A stretch of 64,000 nt of DNA, from NCBI RefSeq assembly GCF_963921235.1, contig NC_086108.1, forward strand, positions 40,364,001 to 40,428,000. The letters are read 5' to 3'. This document shows, piece after piece, positions 47,679-62,172 of this stretch. The stretch comes from Mobula hypostoma (Eukaryota). The notes under the pieces are model-generated. The model was not told the DNA's origin. It searched no databases and saw nothing but the letters and a program-made list of their open reading frames with translations. How positions within the stretch are numbered: the first letter of the stretch is position 1; each line of letters starts with the position of its first letter. The translations under genes were made by a program, and so were the position numbers.

Positions 47679-47761
47679 CAAGGGTTCTCAACCTGAGGTC
47701 CATGGACCCCTTGCTTAATGGTAATAGTACATGGCATTAAAAAAAAGTTTGGGAACCTCTG
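47679..47761. mobile_element. 83-bp hAT-Charlie-type MITE
   Basis: TIRs CAAGGGTTCTCAACCT / AGTTTGGGAACCTCTG; 8-bp TSD ATCTAGGC/CTCTAGGC resembles the Charlie NTCTAGAN target preference. Confidence 0.8.
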
Positions 47762-48733
47762 CTCTAGGCCTTTCAATATTCGATAGGTTTCAATGAAATT
47801 CTCCCCCCCCCCACCTCATTTTTCTTCACTCCACTGAGTAAAGGCACAGAGCCATGAAACCCTCCTTATCTGTTAACCTGTTCACTCCCTGAATCATTCA
47901 TGTGAACCTCTTCTGGACTCCATCGAATGCCAGCACAACTTTTCCTAGATACAGGCCCCAAAACTGCTCATAGTACTCCAAATGCAGTCTGACCAATACT
48001 TTATAAATCCTCAGCATTAAATCCTTGCTGTTATATTTTAGTCCTCCTGAAATGAATGCTAACAGTAAGTTTGCCTTTCTTACCAACTCAAGCTGCAAGT
48101 CAACCTTTAGGGAATCCTGCACAAAGACTCCCAAGTCCCTTTGTTTTCCTGATTTTTGGATTTTTCTCCTCATTTAGAAAATAGTCTATACCTTTAATCC
48201 TTCCACCAAAGCACATGACCATGCTCTTCACTACACCATATTCCATTTGCCCCTTCTCTACCCATTCTGTCTACAGTAAGTCCTTCTTCACTCTCCCTAC
48301 TTCCTCAACATGACTTGCTCCTCCACCTGCCCCTGTATTATCTGAAAACTTGGCCAAAAGGACATCAATTCCATCATGGAAATCATTGACATATAACATG
48401 AAAAGAAGCAGTCCCAACTCTGACCCCTGTGGAACATCACTATTCACCGATAGCCAACTATAAGGTCCCCTTTACTCCCATTCTTTGTCTCCTGCCAGTC
48501 AGCAATCTTCTATAAATGCTTGTATCTTTTCTGTAGTGTCATGGGCTCTTGTTTAGCAGCCTCATGTGCAGCACCTTGCGAAAATCTTCTTCACAATGAC
48601 TCCACCAATTTTTTTTGTCATCTGCAAATTATAACAGCTGAATGATAGCAATACAGAATTAATTGTACATCAAATAAGAAACTTGGTTACTGTGTTGGTA
48701 GAAAATAATGTAATTTTGAAATTATCATTTCAG

Positions 48734-48824
48734 AGCATTCCAAGGGTCTTCAGCAAATTTCCTGTTAAGGATGCACGTAAAGGTTGTAATTCGAACAAGA
48801 ATCGATATATTGACATCCTACCAT
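48734..48824 (+). CDS. PTPRC: CD45 PTP D1 exon ([31 protein letters not shown]), contains the KNRY pTyr-recognition loop
   Basis: tttcag acceptor; T|gtgagt donor; 91 nt; CD45-diagnostic SIPRVFSKF and PTP motif NKNRY. Confidence 0.98.
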
Positions 48825-50179
48825 GTGAGTTTGAATGGAACCTGCTAATTAAGTTTTTAACTGATGTGTTTCTATATCATTGCAGGACAATATGGCCCCA
48901 TAGAATATCTCAGTACTGAAATAATACTCAGAAAGTTAAGAGAAATTTGTCAAGAGTGTAGCAGTTGTATAGGCTGGGGAGCTTTTTTGTTCTGTTTATT
49001 GAAAACTATAATTTTGAAACAGTTGGAAAACTTGTTCTTTTCATTTAGAAAAAGGCATTAATTTACTTGTGATAGGAGGATGAATATGTTTTTCTTCAGA
49101 GATTTGGCATGTTGCTGAAACACAGGATCCTGAGCATGGGGGTTGATGGGTTCTTCAGGAAAATGACAGATAAATTGTTTCTCACAGATGTAGCAATCAG
49201 GTGTTCATTATGAAAAATATTCTGCAGGTTTTAGTCTTTGTTCACCAGTCGAATGAATACTTACTGGACTGATATGATTAAGGGACCATCTGTTATATCT
49301 GCACTATTTCTGATCAGCAACTTGAAACTGTAATTTTCCTCAAGAACAATTAATTACTTTGTAAAGACATTTCATTAAGAGGATGATTAGATGTAAATAG
49401 TTCATTTCATATCTGTCTCAGGATGACTTAAATTATTTGCAGCCAATGAAGTATTTTTGAATGAAGCACTGTATTCAGTGTTTTGGTGTAGATAGTGGAG
49501 AAGACAGTTTGGCAGAGTAAGCTCCTATAAGCAGCAATGCATTAGTGGGCAAATAATCTGATTATTAACAATATTAATTGAAGGACAGATATCAGCCAGA
49601 CTTTGGAGAAATGATAAGGTTCCAGTTCCGCTTGCAGTTTGACCAATCATGCACCATATAAGTTTAATCCTCTGTGAACATTCTTTTACCATATCAGTCT
49701 ATTTCACTTTTCATAAATATATTGAACATTATTAAATATCAGCATGATCGCAAGCTTCCATCATTACTCTCAGGTACATTCTACATCCCCTTTGTGCAAA
49801 AAGACAATTTGTATTAGAATCTTTACCATCGCTGTGAATGTATTTAAATTTGATCAATACATAACTCAGTCTAGGTACCTCAATTACTGAAAATGTATAG
49901 CATAGTGGTTTGATTACTCAATGCATGTTTATTAAGTGTGCTGTAAAAAATCAGTTTTCCTGAAGTGGGTTGCATTAGCAAACATTTCTGGGTGAAATAC
50001 AACTTCTAGGCAGTCAGATGTACAGGTGATGATGTCCCACTGCCAGCACCACATCTTTGATTTCCTTCTGCATAACATTGGAACTGTTAATTCAGGACAA
50101 CGACTGAGCAACAAATTTCAAACACAACATCTGACAGACTTGTGCCCCAATGGTCAAAATATTATCCCAGCTCCACTGT

Positions 50180-50422
50180 AGTTTGTGGCTGTCTGTGTGG
50201 GATTTGCCCTGGGTGTTCCAGCTTCCTTCCACCTTACAAAGATGCATGAGTTGCTTATTTGGAATTGTAAGTTGTTGCTGGTGAGTCTGAGAATCTTAGG
50301 GCAGGTGGTAGGAATTGAAGGAAATGCAGGAAGAATACAATGAAACTGTTGCAAAGTGGTTGCTTGATAGTTGGTGTAGATTCAGTGAGCTGATGAGCCT
50401 ATTCCTATGTTCTGTAACTATG
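50180..50422 (+). mobile_element. Degenerate V-SINE/HE1-like SINE remnant
   Basis: GTCTGTGTGGGATTTGCCCTGGGTGTTCCAGCTTCCTTCCACC..CAAAGA resembles the V-SINE core; CR1-like tail. The assignment is from recollection. Confidence 0.5.
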
Positions 50423-50910
50423 AGGATTTCAGTGGACATTACAATCAATTTCAAAGTTCGAACTGTCAAAAGTGTTCAACACAATAATTTTTTATTGCAC
50501 TTCAATGGGTCCAGTTCAACTTAATTGTTTCTGTTTCCCAATATGTTGTTCTATTCTATCATTCCATAAATTCTCCCCTCATTCCTGCTCTTCTTGTGAA
50601 AACCACTGCAATTTTTGAAGTCAAAGCTGGGTCATTACCGAAAATCGTTCAAGTGATGATGAATGGATTTTGTTGTGTATTTAACACTTTGGTAGTATTA
50701 GAGTAATATTGTAAATGAATTGTTTGATTAAGTAATCTTGTTTGTTTAAATAACTCTTTATGGGTCATATGTAAAAATAGATGAATTGCATACATCATGA
50801 CACTACTACATGATATGTGCATGGTTCGCTTAAAGTAAAAACAGATTTAGGTCGGAACATTTATGCCTTCTTTGTTTAATAAACTTATTAGGATTGTACT
50901 TTCTCAACAG

Positions 50911-50987
50911 ATGATTACAACCGTGTTGAACTTTCCCCTGTGTCTGGAGAGCATGGTTCAGATTATATCAATGCAAGCTTCATTGAT
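50911..50987 (+). CDS. PTPRC: CD45 PTP D1 exon (DYNRVELSPVSGEHGSDYINASFID)
   Basis: caacag acceptor; GAT|gtaagt donor; 77 nt; PTP motifs D..RV.L and DYINAS. Confidence 0.97.
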
Positions 50988-51517
50988 GTAAGTATGAAAG
51001 CTTGGAAGTGACGGACAAATTATATTTAAGTATTTATTATTGTGTACTTTGACAACAGAAGTTTAAATAGAATTATTTAATCCTTTTGATGATTAAAATG
51101 GAAGAGAAAAGTGTTCCCTTTACAGAATTCATTTCTGCAGTTGACCCCAATCTACACGCATCCCCAGGGTTTACTTCTGAAGGCTGTTACGACCAATATC
51201 ACAGTTCTTCCTGGGAAGATCCAAGTTGGCAATGGTGTTCAATACAATAGCATTTTGTTGTACCAAAGTTCATTTTTATTTTCTATTTGACCCTTCATTC
51301 CACTATAAGGCCTGAGGTTCAATATTGGAGACCCAGTAGGCCTCTATATTCATGTCATTTCCTTGACATGCTTTTTAAATAAACCTAGCGTTGATTATTG
51401 TAAAACTCACTCCATAACTCCAATGTTTGTAATTCTCCCCATTGCTGACTGATTATTGAGCATTTAATTACGAGTGAAGTATTGTTGTTTTTAACTTTGT
51501 TATTTTTTATTACATAG

Positions 51518-51554
51518 GGCTTCAATGAACCCCGGAAGTACATTGCCGCCCAAG
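51518..51554 (+). CDS. PTPRC: CD45 PTP D1 exon (GFNEPRKYIAAQG)
   Basis: acatag acceptor; AAG|gtacat donor; 37 nt; PTP motif YIAAQG. Confidence 0.97.
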
Positions 51555-51980
51555 GTACATTTACTTGTATACAGGCAATATTTTTCTCAATATTGCAGAA
51601 CAAGTTTAATGAAAATTTGCTATTTATCTGCAGATATCTATCTCAGAGAATCAAGAGTTTGAATGATTTCGATGTACAACATGATGGAATTTAATAACCA
51701 AGTTACACTGAGTTGCAGACGTGTTAACTGCAGTTTCTCTGCCTGAACTATGCAGTTTTGAGACTCCTCCCATTGTGTGATCATGCTTCCATGCAGCAGC
51801 ACCCAGGGTAGCTATAGCAATTTCAGCAGAAGTAGCCAAATAACCACCTTACCATAGGGACAGTAAAATACACTTCAGTGGTTTAACAAAATTGCACTAT
51901 GGTAGACCATACCTTAATTATACCTCTCGCGCACTTATTGTAAACTTTGTCCCCTTGATACAAAACAACCCTACTTTACA

Positions 51981-52002
51981 TAGTACTGTGCAAAAGTCTT
52001 AG

Positions 52003-52035
<33 letters not shown>

Positions 52036-52766
52036 GCTAGGGAGCCTGAGACTTTTGCTCCATACTGTAGTAATTTTATGTATTTCACTGTGCTGCTCCT
52101 GCTGCAAAAAGGAAAAAAATCATGGCATAAGTGATCAAAGATGAATCTGATTCTGATATGGATCACTGTTGTGGACTGAAAGTGGGAAGGCGGCAGGGAG
52201 AGGGGAATCATGGTTGGGAAAAGGGGAAGGGAGAAGAGAGGGAGTGAAAAGCAACAGAGAGACATTCTATAATGATCAATAAAACAATTGTTTGGAATTA
52301 AGTTACCTTGACGCTATTTGCTTGCTGTTTATGTTTTCATTGCACATTGAGTTTTGACGTCTTCTTTTTTATGGGTTGTCTTATTCTTTTATTTTTTTAT
52401 GAGCATGATGTGGCTTTTGTTCTCTGCACATTGGGTCTTTCATATATATTTATATGTGGTTTGGTTTTGAGTTTTTTTTGTTTCGTGGCTGCCTGTTAGA
52501 AAAAGAACCTCAAGGTTGAATAATATATACATATTTTGATTATAAATCTACTTTGAACTTTGAATCTTGCCTGGTGTCTCAGGGCTGGGTGTGTCTGGAC
52601 CTGTGCCACACCTGCCCTGGCACTCCATCCTCACCATTCCCAACATTCTTTGCTCTCACCAGATTTACAAACTCGCTCTCCGTTCCATGTTGACAAATAC
52701 AGTATTGTGCTAAAGTCTTAGGCATTCTAGCTATATGTTTGTGCCTGAGACTTTTGCACAGTACTG
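51981..52766. mobile_element. Composite non-autonomous Tc1/mariner-like element with doubled TIRs
   Basis: Four imperfect copies of the TIR CAGTACTGTGCAAAAGTCTTAGGCAC form two terminal mini-hairpins (51981-52067, 52700-52766); TA flank at the right end; (CA)n(TA)n inside the first hairpin. Confidence 0.75.
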
Positions 52767-53766
52767 TAAAGTGAAAATTTTAAAAGGAATCAAGCACTGC
52801 TGCGATAGCAGCCAACCACCTTCCAACAGGTGTTTTAGAATCAGTGGGAGGATTGTGGTCATAGCACAGCAAATGGAAAAAGAGCAAGTTCCCTCAATCC
52901 CAACTTTACACCTGACACCTGTTAGTTGTCACCACAGTGGGGAAGTCCAGATCAGAAGTAATAGAATAGGTCTTAGCCATGACAAAAGTCGTGTCAGACA
53001 CAACCTGAGAGGGAGGAATCTGAATATATCATGTGGCTGGTCATCTATAGAAAATAAATTAGTTCCACTTTCATTAAAATCCAAGGTTAGTTTGTTTGAT
53101 GAGAATAGCATAAGAGTGGATCTAAACCTTTATTAGGCTACAGACCAAGTGTGGTAAATAGGATTAGTACAAATAGGTTCTTGATGGTCATATGTAAGTA
53201 GTGAGCTGAAGAGACTCTTTCTGAGCCAAATGACTCTGCGACTCAAAATGGAAGATGTCCATAATCATTGAACATTGTAGAGAGTTAAATGATTGGCCCA
53301 AAGATTTGTATGAATCAGCTGATGAGAGATTAATTCACTGTATACCCTTCATCCCAACACAATTAACAGAGGCGTTATTTATTTTCAGCTTCCTAATGTT
53401 TAATTTTGAGCAAATATTCTGTTTTATCAAGAGTTCCAATCTTTCTCCTTTAGACTGTCCCTCAAATGAATCACATATCAAATTAATGATTTAGTAATTG
53501 CACCCCTTCTTTTTCTTTAGACACAGAGTTACCACTGATTGATGATTACCCCAATGTCCTCATGCTTCCTTCTCCCATCTTTCATGTCCCTGCGTGAATT
53601 CTTCTTTTGTATTTCACTCGCATTTCTTCCCTGTGCTTCCAGTTAGTTTCTGAATATGCCTCGATGTAATTTAGTAACTTACCCTGTTCTAGTTCCTTTT
53701 CATATGTAGCTGAATTCAACTAGTTTAAAATAGACCAATCACACAAATGAATGTCTCCAGTTTTGA

Positions 53767-53946
<180 letters not shown>

Positions 53947-55049
53947 TAAAAAAACCTTCTGTGCACCATACTATAATTATGTGAGGATCATACGGAGTAG
54001 ATGCAAGAGGAAATAAAAACAATCTGCAGATGCTGAAAATCTGAAACAAAAACAGAAAATGCTACAACACTCAGCAACCTAGGCAGCATCTGTGGAGAAG
54101 CAGATAATGTGTTCTGTCTGTGATGCTTTGTCAGAACTAGTAAAATGAGAAGACACATGCAAAATGCTGGAGGAACACAGCAGGTCAGGCAGCATCTATG
54201 TAGAGGAATAAACAGTTGATGTTTCAGGCCGAAACTATGGTTTTCTTTAGGAGAGTTGGGGGAGGGATATATAATTCAGACCATTCTCACAGTGGTGAAA
54301 ACAATGAACAGAAGGATAAAAAATATATATATATAATGTCTATTTACAGTCTCTGATCTATATTGACCAATGAAAGGTCAAAAATTAGATTTGACAGCCA
54401 CATTATATCATCTTTTCTAATACATCTGTTGTACCTGACTGATCAAAGCCACTTGGAAGCTGTAACTGGGAGATTTGAAAGCCTTTATTTTACATAGTAG
54501 ATCTTCCACAGAAAACCTCGTTCACCACTTCTAACAAAATGCTTCTTACATGCAGGTATTTCTTAAAAGCAAAGATACTTCTGAAACACAAAGATAACAA
54601 TAAACAATTAACTAAGGTTTTAATGACTATAATCACCCACTATAACATTTTGAATATAGAGAATTAACTTTGCAGAATTACATATTTACAATGTTAGCAT
54701 GTACCAACTAGCAGAATCCCTTTGCATATTCAATACTGTAGTTGATCTGAAAGCTTCTCAGCACAAACTCCAGCCACCCAGAACATATCTATTCAGTGTT
54801 GAGAGTTGGCTCCCTGAATATAAAACTAGCTAGAATATCAAGAGCAAAACAGCTCTGCCCTGAATTGTACATTAAGTAGCAGGGATATCTCTTGAAGGCA
54901 GTGTTAATACAGGAGATGGCCATTTAATGCCTTCCCTGATCATAAGACAGCAGCATGCAGGGACACAGTGGCTACTCTGGCTCCCAAAAGTGTTGCTAGT
55001 TTTAAGTTCTTAGATTGTACTTCAAAGTTTCTAGTTAGGCTTTTCTGTT

Positions 55050-57205
55050 ATCCAAAGCTTCGTGAATGCAGCACCACCAAAATCTGAAACAAAGTTACAT
55101 CTAAGCAGAGTTAACGGACAAAGGGATTCTACAGACACCAGACCAAGTGACAGCAACCAGGCCTAAGCACCTCAGCAGGGGAAGCAGTGGATGCAGGTGA
55201 TAGAAAGAAAGCAAAAATGTGGTGAAAGAGCTGTGGCACTAGCGATGTTGAGAGCTAACCTGGCAGTAACACACCAGCAGTACCATCACTTTTCTTGGCC
55301 AAAATCTGCTTGCTAGATAATAAAATGGACTTACTGAGACTGAGAATGACACACAGAAAGAAATAAGAAACTATTGCATTCTAGTTTTCACCATAATATC
55401 ATTAACCACCAACATGCCCGACTTGGCGTTTCAACTTGATGTAGTGATTCTGTTCCTGTGCAGACAGGAACTCCCTGTTGGGGAAATCCAAAGGAGGTGG
55501 AATTTGTGTGCACATTAACAAAGGTCGGTGCACAAACTCGTCTGTAGTTAGCAGTCCTTGTTCTGGGAAAATTGAGCAAATTAGAATTAAATGCCAGCCA
55601 TGGCTCAAAGAGTTTACTGTTGTATTCATCTCTGCTGTCTCCATCCCCCCGAGCACGAACGCCAAGGATGCACTGGGAGAGCTTTACAGTACCATCAGCT
55701 CTCTGCAAAACAAGCATCCAGATGGTCTCTTCATAATTGCAAGAAACATCAATTGTGTTAACCTGCAGGACATTTTACCCAAGTTCCAAAAACACGTCAC
55801 CAGTGTGTAGATGATATTGGTACCTCAAGAAGGGTCAACTATTGCCCCAGCTAGAAGCCCTGGCAGAACACAGAGGTGTGCTCGCTACTGAAAGCCTGAG
55901 GCACTGCCTTCAAATCCACTGACAGAACAGATCTCAGAGAGGCCAGGAGAAACCTCGTCTTAGGCATCAAGAGGGCAAAGGTCGCCTCTGCACAAAAAAA
56001 TCAATACCTCTCCGATAACAATCCCCGGCATGTATGGCTAGACATCCAGGGCATTACATAATAGGCAAGGGAAAACTGTGTCAAGTACACCGGTGATGCC
56101 CCCATCGCTGACACTCTAAACAACTTTTTTTTCCTTTTTTTTTGAGTGTGCAACACAATACCAGCCATGAAAGCTACTCCCCCAGGAGAACAACAGTGGT
56201 CAGCAGATATGAGAAGAACTCTGCAGAGAATCAACACCTGTAATGTGGCCAAGCTAGATAACTTCCCAGGACGTCTTCATGGACACCTTCAACACTTCAC
56301 TCATCCAGGCTTCAAATCAACCATCTTCATCCCTGCACCAAAGAATGCTCCACCTTCAGAACTAAACAATCTCTGCCCGTAGCACTGATACAAATCATCC
56401 TGAAGTACCTTGAACGGCTGATAATGCCATGTATCATAAAGTCCATTCTTGCCACATTGGACACTCACCAATGGGCTTACCAACAGAACTGCTCTATGAC
56501 AAATGCCAGAGCATCTATTATGCATCTGGCCCTGATGCACCTAGAATTCAAGGACACTTATGTCAGAATGTTGTTTCTGGATTCCAATTTGACATTCAAC
56601 ACTACTGTCCCATAGACCTTGTTGAACAAACTTCTACTCCTCAGTCTAAATACACTGCCGTGCAACTGGAACTTCCTAACGAACAGACTTCAGATAGTCA
56701 GGATGCACAATTTCTCCTCCCTCCCCATCATTGTCAAGATGGGCTCCCCCTTCCCCCAGGCTTTGTGCTGAGCCCGCTGTTGTACACTCTGCTTATACGT
56801 GACTGCACGGTCAAACACCCGAGCGATCACATCGCCGAAGACACGACAGTCGTGGTGCTCATCACCAACAACAATGAGACAGCCTGCAGAGAGGAGGCCC
56901 GGTGCCACACAAATAACCTCTCCCTTAATGTCAAAAAGACAAGGAAATGGTTATTGATTTGAGGAGAACTTGCACTACTCACACCCCTCTTTACTTCAGT
57001 GGCACAGCAGTGGAAACTGCAAGCAGTTTCAAATTCCTGGGAGTGCACATTTCACATAACCTCCGGAATACATCCTCCGCAGTAGAAAGCTCATCTCTTC
57101 AACCTCCTCTACTTTTTGAGAGCATCCTGACAAGCTGCACCACTGTTTGGTACTGAAACTTCACTGTGGCAGTCAGGAGGCGCCTTTTTGTGTTGCATTG
57201 GATCC
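55050..57205 (+). mobile_element. Degenerate Rex1/Babar LINE; its 3' UTR resumes at about 63657-63732
   Basis: GKSKGGGICVHIN...AVSIPP...HPDGLFII...LPKFQKHVT (endonuclease) and LDTHQWAY...TYVRMLFLD (RT), with many indels. Confidence 0.85.
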
Positions 57206-57209
57206 GATC

Positions 57210-57484
57210 TGTTGCACTCACAATGCATATGTACAAAGCTGTGCAGTGAGTTATGTACCTTCTCAAAAATCACCCAAAATGAAAACTTTCTTCGGGGTTT
57301 TTGATGAGATCTTACTTGTGAAAAGATATTGCTGTTTCAAAGGCAAATAAAGGGAGGATGGAGATGGATGTCATTCTACTGTGTATTTCAAATTCAATTC
57401 CAAATTAATCTGCATAGGAAATGATATAAACGCAGCTTATGTAAAGGAAGTGACATTCAAACTGCGCCTCTAGAGGGCAGAACA
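57210..57484 (-). repeat. 3' LTR of the BEL/Pao element
   Basis: The minus strand reads TGTTCTG...GCAACA; diverged direct repeat of 63395-63656 (shared GTTTCAAAGGCAAATAAAG.GAGGATGGAGATGG). Confidence 0.85.
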
Positions 57485-59716
57485 TTTCCCACCCAGCATC
57501 TGCAAGATGTCAAACTTAAATACTAAAACTGAAAGTAATTTTTAATTAAGTGATCCTTGCATTAAGTCTTTGGCAAAAGAAACATGGTCCCAGAGACTGA
57601 TTTTGGAAACAGTCTTACCACACCATCTTTAACCATTTTCACTTTGAAAATACTAGCCTTGATGATGTTCCTGTGGGGATCAACAGGAAGTGCTGGACCA
57701 CTGTACCATGAGGAGAGGGTGAGCCGATTAGCTTGGAGCCCTCTCGTGGTGTGATCAGCCAGGTTGAGATCAGCAGGAACACAGTTCCATTGGCCCTTCT
57801 GGGTTGAGACCTGATACATTGGATCCTATTATATACATCAACATGGAATCTTCTTGTTTCATTAAATATATAACTGATCACAACATTGCTGTTGGTAAAG
57901 AACTTGATATAATCTAGTTCTTTGTCCAGCTCTTAAGTTATCATCTCTGCTATCTCAACTGCTATACCAGCACCACTGAGTTCAAGCCTTCGTAGGGTGA
58001 GATTTGGTTTGGGAGTAAGCTTTGCCTTGCCCTGGAGAAATTCAGCTTCACTATATCCAGCAGTGCCTGTGACCTTCAGGTATGCAATAGCACCAATAGC
58101 TTTAGTTGATGCATTACAGAAGATGCAAACCTCTTTCTTTGAGCTGTAAGATAGTGGAATTGTTGAGTAGGTTCTCAGAGTTTTCAGGACTTTAAGATCC
58201 TGAAAGGAAGAACTCCACTGCTACCACCGTTTCTCTCTAGAGAGTGGGGAACCCTATTCACAAGTGCTCGAGTTCAACTCTGTTAATATGAAGCATCCCT
58301 GGATACAGACTGGAGCTGCAAATTAAGAGGGTCCAGTAGGCTGTTGACGGTCGATAGCACACCATGACGCACAAAGGTATCAGCAGCCTGGAAAGTAAGG
58401 CTGAGACTGTGCTGCATAGAGTGGAGGTCCTGTCCAAGATGAAGATTCTGTAGATCTTTGGGCCAGATCTTCAGATGGGAAACATCGCATGAACTCAGCA
58501 TTGTTGCGTGTGATCTTACGCAGTCTGAGATTAAACTGCGCCAGCATGTCTCTGCTGCTTTCAGCATGCTGACTATTACTTCTGCACTAGAAAATGATTT
58601 AAGGCCATTATCCACGTAGAAATGCTTTTCTATGTACCTTTGTGCTTCAGTCCCGAATTCCATCTCTCCCTTGCTAGCTGTCCTCTTAAGGCCATAGTTT
58701 GCCGCAGCTGGCGAAGGACAGTTACTAAGTACGTGAACTCGTATGCAGCATTCCAGAATGTCATTGTCCATTTGGTGATCACAAAGCCACAAGAATCTGA
58801 GGTAGTCTCGGTGACCGTTTCTTATTAGGAAGCTGTGGAACATTTGTTTGATGTCTGCCATCACTGCAACAGACTCTGTTCTGAGGTGCATTGGGACCCC
58901 GAGCAGGCCGAGATCTGGGCCCTGTAAGAGCATATTGTTCAATGATGTGTCTTTGAACTGCACATTTGAATCAAAGAAAACTTGTTCTTGTGCAAGTTTC
59001 TGTGGGTAATAATACTCTCATACTGAACATGTCAAAGAATGTTGACTTTGCCAATGACACATTGCTCTGATCATCTAATATCATGTATGCCTTCATTTTT
59101 TGCTCAGGAGATCCCTTCGGGTAGATGTTGGTGGGACATATTTCAGAGCAGCACATGCCCTGGACGTCTTTCCCACATACCACTGCGCATGAGCAAGTAG
59201 CTGTATCTAATGAATGCCCAGCTGGCTCCCCGCTGTGCTCTGCTGCATCTGTGCTGGAACCAGTAGTAGCCCAAGGTGCTGGCCCTGAACGAAGTGCTGA
59301 TCACTGCTGCATTCAGTGCAGTGGAGAATAGTTTCATAGTCCTTTGCTTGCCATGCTATTGAAGCACAACATTGGAAACATACTGAGTGCTCCTTTAGAA
59401 AAAAATCTCCAGTCTGCAAGCATGTTTTCACTGAATCCTCTGGATTTCCTTAGGTGTGGGGTTTCTCACTGACAGGGCGTTGTCTGTCGAGGTTCATGAC
59501 AGAGTTTTCTACTTCAGCTTTGCTGACTGTGGTAGGAGTTTTGGTTTTCCATGGTTTTGCTGAAGATCTCCCTTTGAATGATGTGCTACTGGAAGTTGAC
59601 GTCATAAAACTAGGGTCATTGTGCATTTCTGCATGGTTGCTGGCGAATTCCGCTTAAGAATGAAAATGGTAGATAGGGGGCATGATGTTTCATTTTATAC
59701 TTGAACCAGCCACTCT

Positions 59717-62172
59717 TAGAAACATAGAAACATAGAAAATAGGTGCAGGAGTAGGCCATTCGGCCCTTCGAGCCTGCACCGCCATTTATTATGATCATGA
59801 CTGATCATCCAACTCAGAACCTTGCACCAGCCTTCCCTCCATACCCCCTGATCCCCGTAGCCACAAGGGCCATATCTAACTCCCTCTTAAATATAGCCAA
59901 TGAACTGGCCTCAACTGTTTCCTGTGGCAGAGAATTCCACAGATTCACCACTCTCTGTGTGAAGAAGTTTTTCCTAATCTCAGTCCTAAAAGGCTTCCCC
60001 TTTATCCTCAAACTGGGACCCCTCATTCTGGACTTCCCCAACATCGGGAACAATCTTCCTGCATCTAGCCTGTCCAATCCCTTTAGGATTTTATACGTTT
60101 CAATCAGATCCCCCCTCAATCTTCTAAATTCCAACGAGTACAAGCCTAGTTCATCCAGTCTTTCTTCATATGAAAGTCCTGCCATCCCAGGAATCAATCT
60201 GGTGAACCTTCTTTGTACTCCCTCTATGGCAAGGATGTCTTCCCTCAGATTAGGGGACCAAAACTGCACACAATACTCCAGGTGTGGTCTCACCAAGGCC
60301 TTGTACAACTGCAGTAGTACCTCCCTGCTCCTGTACTCGAATCCTCTCGCTGTAAATGCCAGCGTACCATTCGCCTTTTTCACCGCCTGCTGTACCTGCA
60401 TGCCAACTTTCAATGACTGGTGTATAATGACACCCAAGTCTCGTTGCACCTCCCCTTTTCCTAATCGGCCACCATTCAGATAATAATCTGTTTTCCTATT
60501 TTTGCCACCAAAGTGGATAACTTCACATTTATCCACATTAAATTGCATCTGCCATGAATTTGCCCACTCACCCAACCTATCCAAGTCACCCTGCATCCAC
60601 TTAGCATCCTCCTCACAGCTAACACTGCCGCCCAGCTTCGTGTCATCCGCAAACTTGGAGATGCTGCATTTAATTCCCTCATTCAAGTCATTAATATATA
60701 TTGTAAACAACTGGGGTCCCAGCACCGAGCCTTGTGGTACCCCACTAGTCACTGCCTGCCATTCTGAAAAGGTCTCATTTATTCCCACTCTTTGCTTCCT
60801 GTCTGCTAACCAATTCTCTATCCACATCAATACCTCACCCCCAATACCGTGTGCTTTAAGTTTGCACACTAATCTCCTGTGTGGGACCTTGTCAAGAGCC
60901 TTTTGAAAATCCAAATATACCACATCCACTGGTTCTCCCCTATCCACTCTACTAGTTACATCCTCAAAAAATTCTATGAGATTCGTCAGACATGATTTTC
61001 CTTTCACAAATCCATGCTGACTTTGTCCGATGATTTCACTGCTTTCCAAATGTGCTGTTATCACATCTTTGATAACTGACTCCAGCAGTTTCCCCACCAC
61101 CGACGTTAGGCTAACCGGTCTATAATTCCCCGGTTTCTCTCTCCCTCCTTTTTTAAAAAGTGGGGTTACATTAGCCACCCTCCAATCCTCAGGAACCAGT
61201 CCAGAATCTAAAGAGTTTTGAAAAATTATCACTAATGCATCCAATATTTCTTGGGCTACTTCCTTTGGCACTCTGGGATGCAGACCATCTGGCCCTGGGG
61301 ATTTATCTGCCTTTAATCCCTTCAATTTACCTAACACCACTTCCCTACTAACATGTATTTCACTCAGTTCCTCCATCTCACTGGACCCTCTGTCCCTTAC
61401 TATTTCTGGAAGATTATTTATGTCCTCCTTAGTGAAGACAGAACCAAAGTAATTATTCAATTGGTCTGCCATGTCCTTGCTCCCCATAATCAATTCACCT
61501 GTTTCTGTCTGCAGGGGACCTACATTTGTCTTTACCAGTCTTTTCCTTTTTACATATCTATAAAAGCTTTTACAGTCCGTTTTTATGTTCCCTGCCAGTT
61601 TTCGCTCATAATCTTTTTTCCCCTTCCTAATTAAGCCCTTTGTCCTCCTCTGCTGAACTCTGAATTTCTCCCAGTCCTCAGGTGAGCCACTTTTTCTGGC
61701 TAATTTGTATGCTTCTTCTTTGGAATTGATACTATCCCTAATTTCTCTTGTCAGCCACGGGTGCACTACCTTCTTTGATTTATTCTTTTGCCAAACTGGG
61801 ATGAACAATTGTTGTAGTTCATCCATGCAATCTTTAAATGCTTGCCGTTGCATATCCACTGTCAATCCTTTAAGTGTCATTTGCCAGTCTATCTTAGCTA
61901 ATTCACGTCTCATACCTTCAAAGTTACCCCTCTTTAAGTTCAGAACCTTTGTTTCTGAATTAATTATGTCACTCCATCTTAATGAAGAATTCCACCATAT
62001 TATGGTCACTCTTACCCAAGGGGCCTCTCATGACAAGATTGCTAATTAACCCTTCCTCATTGCTCAAAACCCAGTCTAGAATAGCCTGCTCTCTAGTTGG
62101 TTCCTCGACATGTTGGTTCAAAAAACCATCCCGCATACATTCCAAGAAATCCTCTTCCTCAGCACCTTTACC
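59717..62172 (-). mobile_element. Young 5'-truncated CR1 (same family as 35954-40122) inserted in BEL gag
   Basis: ORF 59814-62009 is nearly identical to the + strand ORF2 and keeps GVPQGS; tail TAGAAACATAGAAACATAG; 2-bp deletion near 61972; gag-like sequence continues on both sides. Confidence 0.97.

Larger units (their letters stand above)
46310..48590 (-). mobile_element. Two adjacent old CR1 3' fragments (about 46310-47430 and 47432-48590)
   Basis: Minus-strand ORF pieces IERVQARFFRML...RRGDLTEVYKIMR, WAVWWQMELNAGKC and QRDLGVFVQDSLK...LVRLHLEYYEQFW are CR1 ORF2 motifs. Confidence 0.8.
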
